A stretch of DNA of 64,000 nucleotides from the human T2T-CHM13v2.0 reference genome, Homo sapiens: assembly GCF_009914755.1 (NCBI RefSeq), contig NC_060932.1. One strand, 5' to 3'. The first letter of the stretch is position 1. The number at the start of each line of letters is the position of its first letter. The notes beneath the pieces were generated by a model. It saw nothing but the letters and a program-made list of their open reading frames with translations. It was not told the origin of the DNA and made no database searches. The position numbers and the translations under genes were made by a program. This document shows, in pieces, positions 1-15,669 of this stretch.

Positions 1-173
1 TTGTTTTCTTCCACTGTAATATATTTTCTTAAATTGAATCTCAAATAGAGATGAACCACTATACTAAGCTTGTGTTATAAGTATATGTACCAAACAATAT
101 TAAAGATTAAATGTTACCATCAATTCTTTTATAGATTGCCTTCAACCACCTTACCTTTAATTTGGTGCCCCAC

Positions 174-592
174 TGTGCTAATCTGTTTTGCTTTGCTATA
201 AAAAAAATCTGAGACTGGGTAATTTATAAGAAAAGAGGTTTAGTTGGCTGACAGTTCCGCAGGTTGCACAAGCGTGGTACCAGCATCTGCTCAGCTTCTG
301 GTGAGGCCTCAGGAAGCTTTTACTCATGGCAGAAGGTAAAGGGGGAGCAGACATGTCACATGGTGAGAGAGGGAGCAAGAGAGAGTGGAGGAGGTGCCAG
401 GCTCTTCTTAACAATCGGTTCTCACATGAACTAATAGAGTGAGAATTCACCCATTACCATGGGGAGGGCACCAAGCCATTCATGAAGGATCCACCCCCAT
501 GACCAAAACACCTCCCATTAGGCCCTATCTCCAACACTGGGGATCACATTTCAACATGCAATTTTGAGGGGACAAACATCCAAACTATATCA
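174..592 (-). mobile_element. MaLR solo LTR, MSTB-like
   Basis: TG...CA termini; typical MST text (ctgagactgggtaatttataagaaaagaggttta; catggcagaagg; caaacatccaaactatatca); near-perfect 5-bp TSD cccac/tccac. Confidence 0.85.
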
Positions 593-619
593 TCCACAAT
601 AAACTGCATTTAAATTAAA

Positions 620-1170
620 ATGCAAATCAAAATGTGTCATTTTTCCTCAGAACCTCATGATGACTTCCCATCACCTGCCATAAACAAGTTAAGCCCCTTA
701 AGGTAGCTTGTGGGGTTCTCCAAGATACAGCCTCTGCCTACCTTTCCAGGTTTATAGCTCACTCTTGAAGCATGCAACTGTTCCTCACTCACTCTGCGTC
801 CACTCCCACCTCCACACGATTGCCAGTGCTTCTTGACATAGGTACTTATTCATCTCTGTTTGGAAGAGACTCTTCTTCTGAGCTATTTATTTTGCATGCT
901 TTATAACTCAATTTATGCATTTTTAATCTTGGTGAAATCTTAATAACTCTTAATTCTCAGTTCTATATTCTTCTATTCTTAATATCTGTCAATAACTTGT
1001 ATATCCCACTATCATTACTCTCACCACATAGTAACATATGTTTTGATGATTATCTCTTCTACTGTCTCACATTTTTTTGAGAACTGGTTGTATAATTAAT
1101 TTTATAATCAATGCTTTGAATAGAGCTATGATATAGAAGTCATTGTATAAATCATTGTTGAATAAATGGA
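620..1170 (+). mobile_element. Degenerate L2 LINE 3' fragment
   Basis: L2-like pyrimidine-rich text ending in tgttgaataaatgga, resembling the L2 3' terminus. Confidence 0.45.
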
Positions 1171-2530
1171 TTAATTTTCTCTTGGAATCTTCAAGTTATG
1201 ACTAGGTTAAATTTTATAATGATTCTTCAAAAAAACTAATTATCTTTTAAAAATAGGACAGTCTCCTTACCTTGCCTAGAAAGTTCTACTGAGTGCAAAT
1301 CTCTAGGTAAGAAAGTGTAGAGAGCTCTATAGAATTGCTTCACCTTATTTTTGGAAAAACAGTTATAGGACACATGTTTTTCTTACTGCTTGCCCACAGG
1401 CACAATCATCTTTGAGAATAAAGGATGAGATATGATATTTCAGGGAATTTTAATAATGAGAAATAGAGTACAACTCATTGAGTCTTCAAGTAGAAGGAAA
1501 AATAGTTTAAAGTTTCCAAATTAAGGAAATAAGTAAGCCACCTGGAAAACACATGTGTTTTAAGCTCTGAAATTAAAGCAAATGAATTGGGAGAGGAAAA
1601 TTATAAGTGAGGGTTTTTAGAAAACATAGATTTTAGGAGATCTTGTTGAAGTGAATCGTATTCTTATAAGAACTAAAAATGACTAAGGGCATAGTATATA
1701 AATGCTTAGGCATTTGTGAAGTCAACGATTACAAAAAGAAAGCTTTGCAGTCAGGTAGACAAAGGTTTCAAGGTGGTGTTTGTTTGGTAACTTGTGATTA
1801 CCTTGTTCCGGCTGCTTTGTCCTTGGGCATCCTCAGTGATTCCTCTCACCCCCATTCTTATTCCCTGAAACTCGTATCATTTTACATATCCTTCCCAATA
1901 TGGTCAGAGGACTGCACCGGAATCTGAAAGGGAAGCGGTGTCATGCCTTAGCCAGGTAAACTTCTTTCTTTGACTCTGGAAATGAAATCCATGCTCTCAC
2001 TTGATTATTTCTGTAAATTAGGCTAAGTGTCATTCATCAGGGATAAATGCTCATCTATTCTCAGAAGCCATCTTTAACTAACATCACTAAAGCCCAGCAT
2101 GCACACAGCACCCAACAGTGATGTAATGTGTGAACAATTATAAAATGAGTCACTCAAAGCCTCTGCCTTTGCAAAAAGCCTTTCCTTTTAAAAACAGCAT
2201 TTTCCAAACTCATTCTTCCTTTCTCTGCTTCGTAGGCTCCAGTGCTCAACATTCTACTGCCAATCTTTCTTGAAGTAAAAGCAAATAAATGCCTAGACTC
2301 TCCCAGCTGATTATGTTTGAACTTCATGGAAGGACACCTCTGCTATAATTATGTGGGAAAGTTGCATTTCTTAAAACCAGAATTTCTGTAAAGACTACCA
2401 AAATGTTAGGCACTGTGTCATTTTTACAATACTATGAGGTAGAATTATTACATCCATTTGACAGATGATGGGAACAAGTAGTAATACAGTAGTAATACAG
2501 TACTAGTAGCCCACACAACTAGATAAAAGA

Positions 2531-2760
2531 AAAATTGGCACTTTTCTCTCCCAGTCTCTGTGTGTGATCCTACAGCACCTAAAGATTTCTAGTGTCCTTC
2601 TATTTCTTATTCTTATTCATCACCCATTCATACATCTCCTAATTCAAGTTACAATCATATCTTGCATGGAACACTGAAATCACCTTCTGATTGTGCCTCA
2701 TATATTCACACTTGCCTTCCTCTAAAATGATAAATAGTGTGGCAACAGTTTGGGGTTTTT
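2531..2760 (+). repeat. Local duplicate of 3901-4122
   Basis: Read-by-eye alignment: about 222 bp, 6 substitutions plus one 8-bp indel; flanked by 22-bp direct repeats at 2507-2528 and 2777-2798. Confidence 0.95.
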
Positions 2761-3739
2761 CACCTACTTTTCAGAATAGCCCACACAGCTAGATAAAATA
2801 ACAATTTAAGGTCAGAGGACAGTTAGGCTTTGCAGTTTGGAATACTCAGCAAGGACTTACCAGTACATCCAGGGGCCAGGAAGAACTGCTGCTCCCAATA
2901 GACCCATAAAGTTGACTCACAAACCCAAGATAATGCAGATGATAGGGAATAGGAGCCCGGTTTAAATCTAGGCTGATTTGACCATATAGTCTGTGCTCCA
3001 TCATACTGAATTCACTTCATTCTCTCCAAAGCACATCCCTACTAACTTTATTTGATATGGACTGTAGCCATTTATGGTCCACTGTTTATACTGTGTCTTC
3101 CTAAATCTGGCTCAACATTTACTATTTTCTTCTGATTCTGATCACACTTCACATACTGACTACATTTTATATTAAGTATTTCTTAATATCTGCATAGTCA
3201 ATGCCTGCTGTGCTAGTGACATGAAACTAGAATCACCATCTCAGGCATCTGCTTTGAAACCACTTTTATGACAGATGCTGTAGAAGGAAAAGATGCAAGG
3301 TTGTTTTTTTTTTTTTTTCATTAGAGGTTTTAAAATCTCACTGGAGAGGCAGAAAATGATATCTAATAGAGTGTGGGGAAAATTATTTACACACACACAC
3401 ATACACACACATTGGTAGTATGGATTCTGGAACTTTTGATTATTGGAATTCACAGTAAATTTGATGGTGCTCTGAGACTGAGCTTAAACTGGAAAACTTA
3501 AAAAGAAATGATGCCTCACCAGATGACTTTGGAAGAATATAGATTTTTATTTAGCACACTGGATAGAAAGTATTGTGAGGGCTCTAGCAGTACTGGGGAG
3601 GGAAATGACTGGACACTTTTGCAGTTGGTGTAATTAATGAGGTATGATTAAGACAAAATTAGAGGTCCACATGGTTTCCAAATTGTGTAACTTCAGTTCT
3701 GATGTTCTCTTTTATTTTCATACATACATATCTGTTTAC

Positions 3740-4330
3740 TACATGTGTATATTTTATTTTCTCAAAGGAAATTAAAACTCAGTGTACCCAGGACCAAACA
3801 CTTCATTCTCCTTTCTGTATCACAGAACTCTGTCAGAGTTCCTTGTGTTTATAAAGGCACTGTCTTCACTTTAGTTGCACAAGCCAAAAAGCCAGTCATC
3901 AAAATTGGCACTTTTCTCTCTGTGTGTGATCCTACAGCACCTAAAGATTTCTAGTGTCCTTCTATTTCTTACTCTTATTCATCACCCATTCATAAATTTC
4001 CTAATTCAAGTTACAATCATATCTTGCATGGAACACCGAAATCACCTTCTGATTGTTCCTCATATATTCACACTTGCCTTCCTCTAAAATGTTAAATAGT
4101 GTGGCAACAGTTTGGGGTTTTTATTTAAATGAAAATTAGACACATTCAACCCTAAAAGCTCTCCTCATCACAATGCCTTTACACTTACATATATAGCTCT
4201 GCCAAAAATACTTAAGTGGCTTCTCAGAGGAAACCTTAACATTCTTCAGAAGTGACAAATTATCTGGTATGGCCTCCATTTCCAGAGTCGCCTGATGCCT
4301 CTGAACCCCTGCCTTGAGGTGTTTCAGCTT
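3740..4330 (+). mobile_element. L2 LINE fragment containing the donor of the local duplication
   Basis: ctcaaaggaaattaaaactcagtgtaccc...ggcactgtcttcactttagttgcacaagccaaaa resembles the L2 3' region. Confidence 0.55.
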
Positions 4331-4376
4331 CTCTGGTCTTTTATTTTTCAAGGCGTTTCAGCTTCTCTGGTCTTTT

Positions 4377-4699
4377 CTTTTTTCTTTTCTTTTTAATTTT
4401 TTTTTTTTTTTTTTTTTTGAGACAGAGCCTTGCACTGTCGCACAAGCCTAAGTGCAATGGCACGATCTCGGCTCACTGCAACCTCCGCCTTCTGGGTTCA
4501 CGCAATTCTCCTGCCTCAGCTTCCTCAGTAGCTGTGATTACAGGTGCACACAACCACACCTGGCTAATTTTTTGTATTTTTAGTAGAGATGGAGTTTCAC
4601 TATGTTGGCCAGACTGGTCTTGAACTCCTGACCTCGTGATCTGCCCGTCTTGGCCTCCCAAAGTGCTGGGATTACAGGCATGAGCCAGCATGCCCCGCT
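4377..4699 (-). mobile_element. Alu (AluS)
   Basis: Poly-T tail plus full reverse-strand Alu dimer. Confidence 0.95.
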
Positions 4700-4780
4700 A
4701 TTTTTTCAAAAGAGATGAGTTGTGTTTCTTTCCACATAAAAAACATAATACTTCCTCTACTTGGGGAGACCTTCTCCTAG

Positions 4781-5116
<336 letters not shown>

Positions 5117-5329
5117 TAAATCTTAAGACTGACCACTTCTTTAGGTCTACAATCACTTAAAAAAAAAAAAACCATTCTTGACTCCTTAGATTAAATCAGA
5201 TTATTTTGAGACTGAATTAAAGTGAACAAGAAATAACAGAAGTAGATTGTTAGCGAAACTGTGAACTTAAGGTCAAAGGCTTAGATTTGTTTTCAATTTA
5301 TTAATCTTTTGGTGCCACAGAACAGTTAG

Positions 5330-6315
5330 AAGAAACCTGAATAGATATTTCTCAAAAGAAGACATGCACATTACCAACAGGTAACTAAAAAATACTTAGC
5401 AAGTTTAATCATAAGGAAAATGCAAATTAAAACCACAATGAGATATCACCTCACACCTGTTAGAATAGCTTTGATCAAAAAGATGAAAAATAACAAGTGT
5501 TAGAGAGGATGCAGAGAAAAAGGAACTCATGTACATTGTTGGTAGGAATGTAAATGAGTATAGCTCTTATGGAAAAAAACATTATAGAATTTCCTCCAAA
5601 AACTAAGACTACAACTATCATATGATCCAGCAATCTTACTTCTGTTATACGTATCCAAAGGAATTAAAATCACTATGTCAAAAGACCACCTGGGCTCCTA
5701 TGTTCATTGTAGCATTATGCACACTAGCTAAGATAAGGAAGTAACCTATATGTCAGTCAACAAATGAATGGATAAAGAAAATGTAGTATATACATAATGG
5801 AATACTATTCAGCCTTAAAATGAGAAGAAAGCCTGTTATTTGCAACAACATGGATGAACCTTGAGATTCATGTTAAGTGAAATATGCTAAGTGAAATAAG
5901 CCAGGCAAAGAAAGACAAATATTATATGATTTCAATACCATGTAAAATCTAAAAAAGTTAAATGCATAGAAGCAGAGAGTAGAATGATGGTTACCAGAGG
6001 ATGTAGGGAGAGAAGAAACGGGAAATGTTGCTCAAAGGGTACAAAGTTTCAAATAGAACAGAGAAGTTGTAAGATCAATTACACAGCAGGATGACTACAG
6101 TGAATGTATTATATGTTTTAAAATAAGAGAATAAATTCCAAATGTCTCATCATAAAATATGATAGGTATGCTAGGTGACAGATATGTTAACTAGCTTGAT
6201 TTAATCATTCCACAATGTACACGTATATTAAGACATCACATTGTACCCCATAAATGTATACAATTATGATTTGTCCATTAAAAATGTTATTAACTTTAAA
6301 AAAGATACAACTTAA
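5330..6315 (+). mobile_element. L1 3' end (L1MA-like): ORF2 end and 3' UTR
   Basis: aaatgcaaattaaaaccacaatgagatatcacctcacacctgttagaat; tatgatccagcaatc; L1MA-type 3' UTR and A-rich end. Confidence 0.9.
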
Positions 6316-6481
6316 AAAAGAGGGAATGTATAACTCTTTTTTTCTAAAAATTAGAAATATTCACAGACACAAAATTTGCATAAGGTTTTATAAAACCTTT
6401 CTTGATGACCATATATTTTATATGTCTAAGTTAAAAATTCCAATGATTCTTCAAATTTTCTGGTTAAAATGCAGTTTCTCA

Positions 6482-6843
<362 letters not shown>

Positions 6844-8381
6844 TCAGACTGCACTCAGCAAATGCTGCTCTAGAAAAATTACCTACTGATGGAAATATAA
6901 ATGACACATTCTTTGAAAATATTCTGGGTAGGGAAGAGAAGAGATCAACAAATTTAAGCAGTCATTAATTTGCCACCCTATATGAATCTGTGTTAAGACT
7001 GCATACCAGCCCATGTGCAGCATAAAATATTGCTATGCAATACCTGTGAGTATTATTGGTCTTTTCTCTTTTCTTATGCACATTTTCCCCTTAAACCATC
7101 ATGGGTTTGCTTTGATTTGTTATCTTAAGTTGGTGCTCTGGATTCTATTGACCTTCAAACTCTTCTTTCTGCTCTGGTATGACTTGTCCCAAAAGGACAC
7201 TGCAAATAATTTGAATCAGCTATTGGTACTCTCATGAAATATGAATTTAAAGGCAGTCCTACCTGCCAGACAATGTTAGGTCAGCTTCAAATTTCTGACT
7301 GGGATATTTAAATTGAAATGAGGAGGTAAATGTATAAGTCGTATAAAACTGTGTTGGCTGAATCTAATGCTTAAATTATTGATGTCTGGCATTACACAAT
7401 CATTGCCTTTAAGTGTGACTACTGACATCATCACCACATCAGTGTTGGTAATTTTTCAAGACAAGCTTAGAATCCCCACTGCATTCCAACTGCCTAGAGC
7501 AGACCTAGCACATAGCAGGTATTCAATGTCATGAATAAAAAAATATGTACATACACTGACCATACAATGAAGAAATTTAGAAAATTATTATTTTTTGCCT
7601 TTCTACCAGTACTCTCTTGCTTAGGCATCTGAAAATAAATAGGGATATTCTATATGAATATCTAATCACAGTCTGGGTGATCTTGGCAAAGCATTTCAGT
7701 TGTCTGCAATTTTACTTCTAAAACCTTTATCAACAAAAGTTGAATTGGAAACTTCTATTAAGCAAATGTCTGGGAGAAAGTGGTTTCTCCTGTTATCCAT
7801 TTACCCACCAAAGAAGAATGGCAATACAAAAAGCAGGCAAATGTACTTGAAAGTAAACCTCCTGGGCTACCCTGATTGCTGCACGCCTTTAATTCAATTT
7901 CCTAGGGCTTTAAATTCAGTGGCTGCAGAACTGTATGAAGAAATTTAAGTTCTTAACTGTGACCCTTCCTCCCACAAGTCACTGTAATATATCCACAATC
8001 ATTCAACAAAGGATCACTGTTATTTCCTATACTCTGCCTATTGAGGCAAGAAAGTGACTGGGATATTTTGGATTTTCACAAGAGTAAGTAAGGTAAGTTT
8101 CAGCAGCCTCTTACTTGAGTCCATTATGTATGAATTATTTGTCTTTTGTCCTCAGTGTTTGATATATGTTTATCTTCCCATTAATCACTCATATTATTCA
8201 TGTTTTTATCCACTCTGAGAGGAGTTACCATTTCTTTTCCATAACAATAAGCCCTGGTTCCCACAGGCTGCTCCCTTTTTGTTATGGATCCAGTATTTTT
8301 CTCTCTTCTCTTGCTTGGATCCTTCCCATTGCACTGCCTTGTCACACAATACCTTCAAATATGCTGAATAAATGACAATAA

Positions 8382-8675
<294 letters not shown>

Positions 8676-8837
8676 AGTAACAATTAAATTTTTAAAAAGT
8701 TACTCTTCTACATCTCCTCTCACTATGGCTTACGTTTCTATTTCTTTTACTGTCATTATACAAACTCTTGTGTTTATTCTCATCTTTGCTTTCTCATGAT
8801 TTATTTTATTCTTTTACATGCTGTGTAAAGGAATTTG

Positions 8838-8995
8838 GAGGCAGGATAGCATAGTGATTAAAAACACAAATTCTGGTGCCAGATTGCTGGATTTTCCATT
8901 ACAGCCTCAGCTCTTCATACTTGTGTGAGATCAGGCACTGAATCATTGATGTTCAGTTTTTCCACCTGTGAAACAGGAATATAATGCATATATAG
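8838..8995 (+). mobile_element. MIR SINE
   Basis: gcatagtgattaaaaacaca...ctggtgccagattgctgg...ttcagtttttccacctgtgaaacagg resembles the MIR core. Confidence 0.7.
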
Positions 8996-9002
8996 TGCAC
9001 TT

Positions 9003-9348
<346 letters not shown>

Positions 9349-10286
9349 TTATCAATAACACTTAGGTAACTCATAATTTTTAGAATCAGTGGAAATTTGT
9401 TAACTTTTATTTTCTTAAATTCGCATTTTTAAAACGTGGTCCTGGTGACCACCGTGTCAGTAAAAGTCCAGTGCATAAACAGAAATCACCTACATAATTG
9501 AAGAAGAATGGGATTGAATACTGGGAATTAGTTTCTTACAAAAGTATCTGAGGGGTTAGAGGAGTGCAAGTCAGGAAGGACATCGCCTTACTATTGCATC
9601 CAGAGCACTTCCTCAATGATATGACTCAGAGGTCAGGATGTGGCTTCTGCCCTTGCAACTTTTCACCACTACAAATACCATTCGCATCCATTCCCACCTG
9701 TGGCCTAGCCATGAGAAAACCAAATCTGATGACTAAGCTGTTTCTAAACACTCATATTTCATGCTATTGCTTGTCAACAGAAACTGCAGCAGGAAGGAGT
9801 CTTACATTTCTCTACTTCCTTTCCAATCTCAGGCAAAGAAGTTTTGGATATATTATATGTTAATTAGCTTTTTGTTCTCTAGTTTTCCCTGAAAGCTCTA
9901 CCTTGATAGCTTTATTTGTCACATCCATACAAATCCTATCAAATCCCAAACCTCAACTCTGAGCTGCTTACTCTAATTTCAAAACACATAACTCAAAGAC
10001 CTCTTGGAAATTTTCACATGCATACTATACCCTAGCTTCAAATTCAGCGTATTTATAGCATAATCAAAACCAAAACTAAACATAAAAGACAACTCAACTG
10101 TCTCTCTTTATGTACGATTTTAATTAATGATAGATTTTCTCCAAAGTGTTTAGGTGCAAAACCTCTGTTTTATTGCAGTCTTATATTTCAGCTACTCTTG
10201 CTTAATACATAGTTAAATGGTAGAAAAGATAAAACAATGAGTAGACTGCATGCTTTTCAAATGATCCTCCAAAAAAATAGTCTTTT

Positions 10287-10647
<361 letters not shown>

Positions 10648-10814
10648 CTATCTCAGTTTGATGTTCTAGTGAATTTTTATCTTGGAATTACAGTACATTT
10701 TTATATTTGATCATACACATTTGGGAGTGCTGACATCCTTTTATGGAAATTGAAGAGTTTAACAAAGAGACTCACTGGATAGAGAAGTCAATACAACATA
10801 CAATGTAAAACTAT

Positions 10815-11050
10815 TGCTTCAGAGTTAGATGTAATCAGATAGATTCAAATTTCATCTTTGACACTAGATGTGTAACCATGGGGAAGTTACTCAAAATCTC
10901 CAATCCCCAATTTTCTTAACTTTAAAATAGTGATAATAACGATGCCTGCATAATACAGAGATTATGATGAAGATTGAATATAATGCTATAATAAAGTATT
11001 CAATGTAGTGTTAGTCTGAAAACAAACAACAATGATAAATTTGGTTAATG
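10815..11050 (+). mobile_element. MIR SINE
   Basis: gattcaaat...tgtgtaaccatggggaagttact...taaaatagtgataataa resembles the MIR core. Confidence 0.65.
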
Positions 11051-14000
11051 TTAATTTTATCACTGCTGATATTGGTGTAATTTCTCCCTTCCATTTAATA
11101 TGTTTTAGAGTTATGCTGCAATTAGTACGATTTTATAGTCATTATTATGCTTCTTTGTAGACTCAAAGGTAGGAAACTGATGAGAAACCCTCAGGGAACT
11201 CTTGTACCACTTAGTGAAGAATCCAGGGTAATATAGGTAATAGATGGATGATGTTGCATGAATTGGAAGATGATCAGAAATAAATGAACCTGGCTTTAGT
11301 CCCCAGAATCAATGTATAAATAATGGTATTTAACGTGATATCAACTTTGTGGGGAGGGAGACTTAGATATTAAACAATTTTAAAGTAGTTGGCCTGAGTA
11401 ACATGTAAAAATTGCTCTGATCTCCTAGACATCATGGTAGACTATGTTAATATTTATTGAGAAAATGTGTGTATGGTTTTTTTAGTTCAATGACACACTA
11501 CAAATATGTTAAACTGAACAACATAAGGAAAGTCTCACAACACCAGAGAAAATGTTAAGCCTCACTTATGACCCTATTTCTCAGTTTAAATGGTGGCATT
11601 GGTTGTATATTGACATAAGACAGAAAAAGCCAGCTATAATAATGAATTATATATCACCAGGGCTCAGACATTGTCTTACAAAATATTGCAACAGATAAGA
11701 TAAGGAGGTCTCTGTAACCCTATACATGGAGTCGGCTCAAAAAATATTTCTTAACTAAATGAACAAAGGAATTAATGTATTAGTTGACTAACTCATTTGA
11801 ACTTAATTTGCCATTATACTTTTCTGTTTCAACTTCAATTCTAACAAACTCACAAAATTTAATTTTTACATTCAATTTTGAATATGTGAACTTTTAAAAA
11901 TGTAGCTAAGTTTCCTTCCTGGTGAAATCAGCAGATTTTAGGATAATTTTCCTGTCTATACCAGTAGCTCCTAGATGCATTCACTTGTGAGTAATTGCCC
12001 AGCAAACGCGGGAGGCCACAGAAGAATGGAGTTGATGAAATGAGAACATCACAGGGAGGAGGAAGTCATCACCAAGGCCTGGGCACATGTTGTTCCTCAC
12101 CACACTGAGTGCACACCAGCCCACTGAGCACCCCCGGGACATCTCACTCTACACACATTTCTGGCATCATCTGGGAGAAGCAACAAGTTGCCAGTCTCTG
12201 CTTCCTCATGGCAGTAGGAGACTTGCTGGAAATTGATATTATTTGGGCTTGTCTCCCTGCGAGACACAAAGCATAACATCCAAGATTTGTACATGCCTGT
12301 CCCACCGTGACCAGCGGGTGGGGTAGGGGAAGCTCTGCCTGCTTGGAACACCCAGCTCTTTAACGGGATAGAGCAGAGTTGCGAGGCAGGGGAGCTGGGG
12401 GAATGTTCTAAAACCACACCTCTGCCTTTCGGCATTTTAAGTAAACTGAAAAGCATTCTGTGGGGACGGGCTTTTGGAAGACTTCTATGCTCTTGATGAA
12501 AGCACAAGTTCTAACAGGAGGTCTCTTGCAGAGCTGGACTTCAGGAAGCGAACTGCAGAAGGACAATCTTCAAGAAAAGCAAATGCCAGGAGACGGGAGT
12601 GCACTTGGAACAGATGAGAACAGATGATAAAAGCTTCATTAGAATCTCTCTCAGCCAGAGAGAGACATTGACATTATAGACTTTTTAGTAGAGTTGGAAA
12701 GTAAAATGCACAGAAATATCACCTTGATAGGAAGAAGTGCATGCAGAAAGAAAGGCACAGATAAATTTCCCAAGAGGTCAAAAAATAGAAGAACAATTAC
12801 TTCCATTTGGGAGAAACTACCTGAAGCTTTACAGAAAAAAATACAACCTGTGAACAGTACTCAGTAAATCATAAAGATGGTGTACTTAAAAAAAAAAAGA
12901 AAGCTGGTAGTGTACATTTGAAGCCTTATCTCAGGGAAAATAACATGATACACAATTGTATCGTGTTATTTTACCTTCCCTTACCTTTTACCTGTATCAT
13001 GTTATTTTACCTTTATTGAATTAAAAGTAATTAGAATACCATTCAGCAACATTTCGCTCAAATACCCCATTGGAAATTTAAATAGGATTATATTACATTT
13101 ATAAATTAACTTGGAGTGAATGGATATCTTGCAAATATTTAGTCTCAGTCTACAGGCTTATCCCACTGAATGAACCCACTTTTCTCTAATTTGACCAAGA
13201 AAAGTGTGTTGTGTTTGTGCTTTCTCACATATATTCATTTTCCATGTTTCCATCATGCAATTTATTTTGTCTTGATAATTGTTTGGATTTCTTGTCCTTA
13301 AAATATTATTGGGGTTGGAGTATAGGGATAAGATCATAGAGTGACCCTGTACAAACATAATGCCTGCTTCTGTAGTTATTGTAATAAAGACTGTGTAGCC
13401 TCAAGACAGAAAATGTATTTTCCAGTGATATTCACTGTTATTGTGTGTTTTCCTAACCCTTGTCACACTCATCTTTCTACATACCTTATGCCTTCTAAAG
13501 TCTAAAAACAAAAAGTTAAGACTCCCTGATTTAGAGTGCATTAAAGGGATAAATTAGTGTTGAAAAACGTATTCCCTGTTGAGAGACCATGTTTCTACCC
13601 ACCTCACAGGGGCATGACCTTTGAAATCAGCCATTTCTGCGGGAAATAGTGATTATAATCAATTTTAAAATTTTGAGTAAAATATGATTAAGAGAGAAAA
13701 ACACACGTATTATTTTTCTCTGAACCAATAAACTATGTCTGAGTTTCAACATCAACACCAAAGCATTATGGTCTCTGGAAAGAGTTAATGAGTTATCTCC
13801 ATATTGCTTGAGAATTGAATTAATATTTTCATAGATTTTTTTTAATAGATTATTAACTGGTTCACAGACACTTAAGGATAATGCATAGATATAGATGGTT
13901 TCGGATTTAATTTGAACCGTTTCACTGAGACCTTGATGTCTGTTCTTGGACTAAGGGTTGGTGGATGCCAGATTAGGAAACCATGATATATTTTGTCTAA

Positions 14001-15063
14001 GATTAGATTTATAACTATTAGCTGCAGGTAAAAATGGTGGAGACAGGCCCGACCCCAGTGCGAAATGATTATAGCATCTTGTGAAAACTGGAAGGGGGTC
14101 TGGTGATGAGCAGGACCTGTCATTGAGAACTCAGACCATAGTGTTCCCCCAAATTTCTCCCCCTAAAAAAGAACATTAGTTTTAAAACAAGTTGTTTTAA
14201 CCATATTCATTTGCTTTGAAAATGAACACTTTGAAAACGATGAGAAAATGTCAGTCCAGCTATTGTACATCATGTTTCAAAACCTAATCAAAAACTTTCT
14301 TTTTAAGGAAAAATGTTATTTTTATCTTAGAAATTCAACAATAGTCTTCATTATACTCATCATCATATCTTGTACCATACCAGGAAGCCTGTTCCAAATG
14401 TATAACTGCTTTAAAAGAATGCGATGTGAATTACTATTTTTTTAAATTTTGGTAACATAAAAATCTATGTATCTTAATTAGAGACTTCAAAACAGCTTTT
14501 ATTATATTGCCATTACAATCAAAGCTGCACTTTTAAGTATAAATGACTGCATATCCCAGTGGCAAGGAACAGGGGAAATTGCTGGACCAGAAAGTAAAGC
14601 TTCCAAGAACAAACAGCATTGGAAGAAAAATTTGCCTTAAAGCTATGGTTTCTCATGTGGAGTATGACCAATACTCAGAGAGAATCACTTCAAACGCTTG
14701 CTCCCACACCCCTCAGGTCAGTGGGAAGTTATTGGCAACATTCCTTTGGTGTGCCGGCCAATTTTTTCTACATCCTGTCAAACCTGCTTCCAGCATGGTG
14801 ATGAGGCTACAAAATGTTGAGGCTGAAAACCTGGAAATGCTGATAACAAGAAGGCCCAGTATTTCTGTTCTGAGAAATAATGAAAGTCTTAGAGGAACAG
14901 CCATCCAAGCCCAATGAAAGAAACTCAGCTTTCACTCAAGACTTTGATCGAATTACGGGAAAAATAAACGGAGTAAAATTAATGCTGGCTCTCACTAAAG
15001 CCCATGCCGAATTTGGACTGAACATAGGACCAATACGAGGAAACCCAAAGCAACAAACAGTAC

Positions 15064-15280
15064 CAGAGGCAGATCCAGGTTTTGCGAAGTCTGAAGCTTA
15101 TTTAATTTGTAAGTCTCTCCTTTAGGAAATTAATTTTTAAAAACTTTACTTTTGTAAAATGTACATGTCCAATCAGCCACACACAGTGCTATGGTCCCTC
15201 AAAGGATCTTGGAAAGAGTGCATATAATTTACAGATCTGAAGATTAACCTTTTTTCACTTCACAGTGTAGCCACTTCTGA
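15064..15280. mobile_element. hAT-Tip100 family non-autonomous DNA transposon relic (Zaphod/MER115-like)
   Basis: cagaggcagatccaggttttgcgaagtctgaagcttat resembles the terminus of this group; subfamily uncertain. Confidence 0.45.
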
Positions 15281-15669
15281 GAGACACATACATAAAGAAG
15301 GAAGAAATATATGGGTTGAATGTCCATCTAGCGCACCTGTGAGGAAAATTAAATGTGATAATATATCACCTAGAGCACAGTTAGCATTCATTTAAATAAA
15401 TTTTTATTTCATCTCCCACCCTTCTTTTTCTGTTTTATGTAGATATCAACAATTGATTTTAAAAGATGAAAAAATGTTAAGAGGAGTCTTTGAAGTAGTT
15501 CCATAAAGAAAAATCTGTAACATTTTTATGGAGATTTTTTGAAATAGGGGATCTTTTGATATGGTTATTTCAAAGCTGGCATTTCCCAGTAGGATGGGGA
15601 TTTTGATATGTTTTTAAAATAACATTTGAACATTGATCGATTGAGTGATTGATTTAGAATTAGCTAATA

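Noticed and set aside
12097-12507. 136-aa minus-strand ORF in a GC-richer patch
   Set aside because: Non-ATG start and no recognisable protein similarity; higher GC content lowers stop-codon frequency.
14543-14917. 124-aa ATG-initiated ORF in unique DNA
   Set aside because: No recognisable domain, promoter context or exon partners; this length is reachable by chance in 64 kb.
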